This document shows, piece after piece, positions 22,097 to 22,669 of a stretch of 22,669 nt of DNA. The translations under genes were made by a program, and so were the position numbers. This DNA is from Octopus sinensis (Eukaryota): assembly GCF_006345805.1 (NCBI RefSeq), contig NW_021836357.1:1-22669 (forward strand). The letters are read 5' to 3'. The notes under the pieces are model-generated. The model was not told the DNA's origin, ran no database searches, and saw only the letters and a list, made by a program, of their open reading frames with translations. The number at the start of each line of letters is the position of its first letter. Position 1 is the first letter of the stretch.

Positions 22097-22219
22097 TTAT
22101 AATCAACCCACATTACTGTATTGTGAAAACAGTATATAGTTTTTTTGGTGCATCTAAGTTAGGTACCATATTCAAGTAAATTCATTTAAATTAACTTGAA
22201 TCTTTATTGCTTTTTGTAT

Positions 22220-22232
22220 TATATAATATATA

Positions 22233-22287
<55 letters not shown>

Positions 22288-22420
22288 GTGTGTGTGTGTG
22301 GGGTGTGTGGTGTGCCATGTATACATAAGTTATGTATAAATATATATACATGTATAGTATATATGTGCAGATATATATATATATATAATTATATATATAT
22401 TTTAAATATATATATATATT
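22220..22420. repeat. (AT)n/(GT)n microsatellites
   Basis: Direct reading of the sequence. Confidence 0.9.
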
Positions 22421-22479
22421 TTTTTTTCTCTCTCCCTTTTTTCTCTCCTTGTTTCTCTCCTTGTTTTTTTTTCTGTGTA

Positions 22480-22590
22480 TCTTTCTGTCGAAGGGCGTAG
22501 GCTCGAAACGTAAAAGACTTGTTCTATTTCTATTCCTGAGCGCTATACTAATACATTGTTTGTTTGTACTCCACCTGTCGTCTTTGTTAT
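22480..22590 (+). mobile_element. Penelope-pLTR-like repeat, family C copy 3, with a hammerhead-like motif at 22480-22517
   Basis: tcttt | CTGTCGA | A GGG-cgtagg-CTC | GAAAC GTA | aaaga, with a perfect 5-bp stem I. Homologous to the two minus-strand copies near 1650 and 2100. Confidence 0.65.
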
Positions 22591-22669
22591 TTCGTAAACC
22601 TTCCCGTGGACAAACGAAAGAAATGCACTTAATATAGTTATTGAGAGTTAAATGTATGTATGAGAACAG

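Overview
Repeat-dominated eukaryotic genomic DNA with no intact protein-coding gene. The SINE families and microsatellite load resemble what I recall from Octopus/cephalopod genomes (inference, not verified). About half the window (3419-14362) is a head-to-tail tandem array of a 107-bp unit (~101-102 copies); its many short ORFs are artefacts. The rest holds AT, AC/GT, GATA and trinucleotide microsatellites, a decayed 5'-truncated CR1/L2-group LINE, an open internal L1/Tx1-type reverse transcriptase fragment, a mariner remnant, two tRNA-derived SINE families and two long palindromes. The most notable signals are: (i) a canonical type I hammerhead ribozyme at 16960-17030, plus two other hammerhead-like families with non-canonical cores, one inside a 69-bp-arm palindrome and one in three copies; (ii) a multimeric SINE inserted antisense into a copy of its own family with an 8-bp target-site duplication; (iii) a LINE and a SINE sharing a 3' tail; (iv) evidence that the satellite grew from a mutated fragment of a dispersed element.
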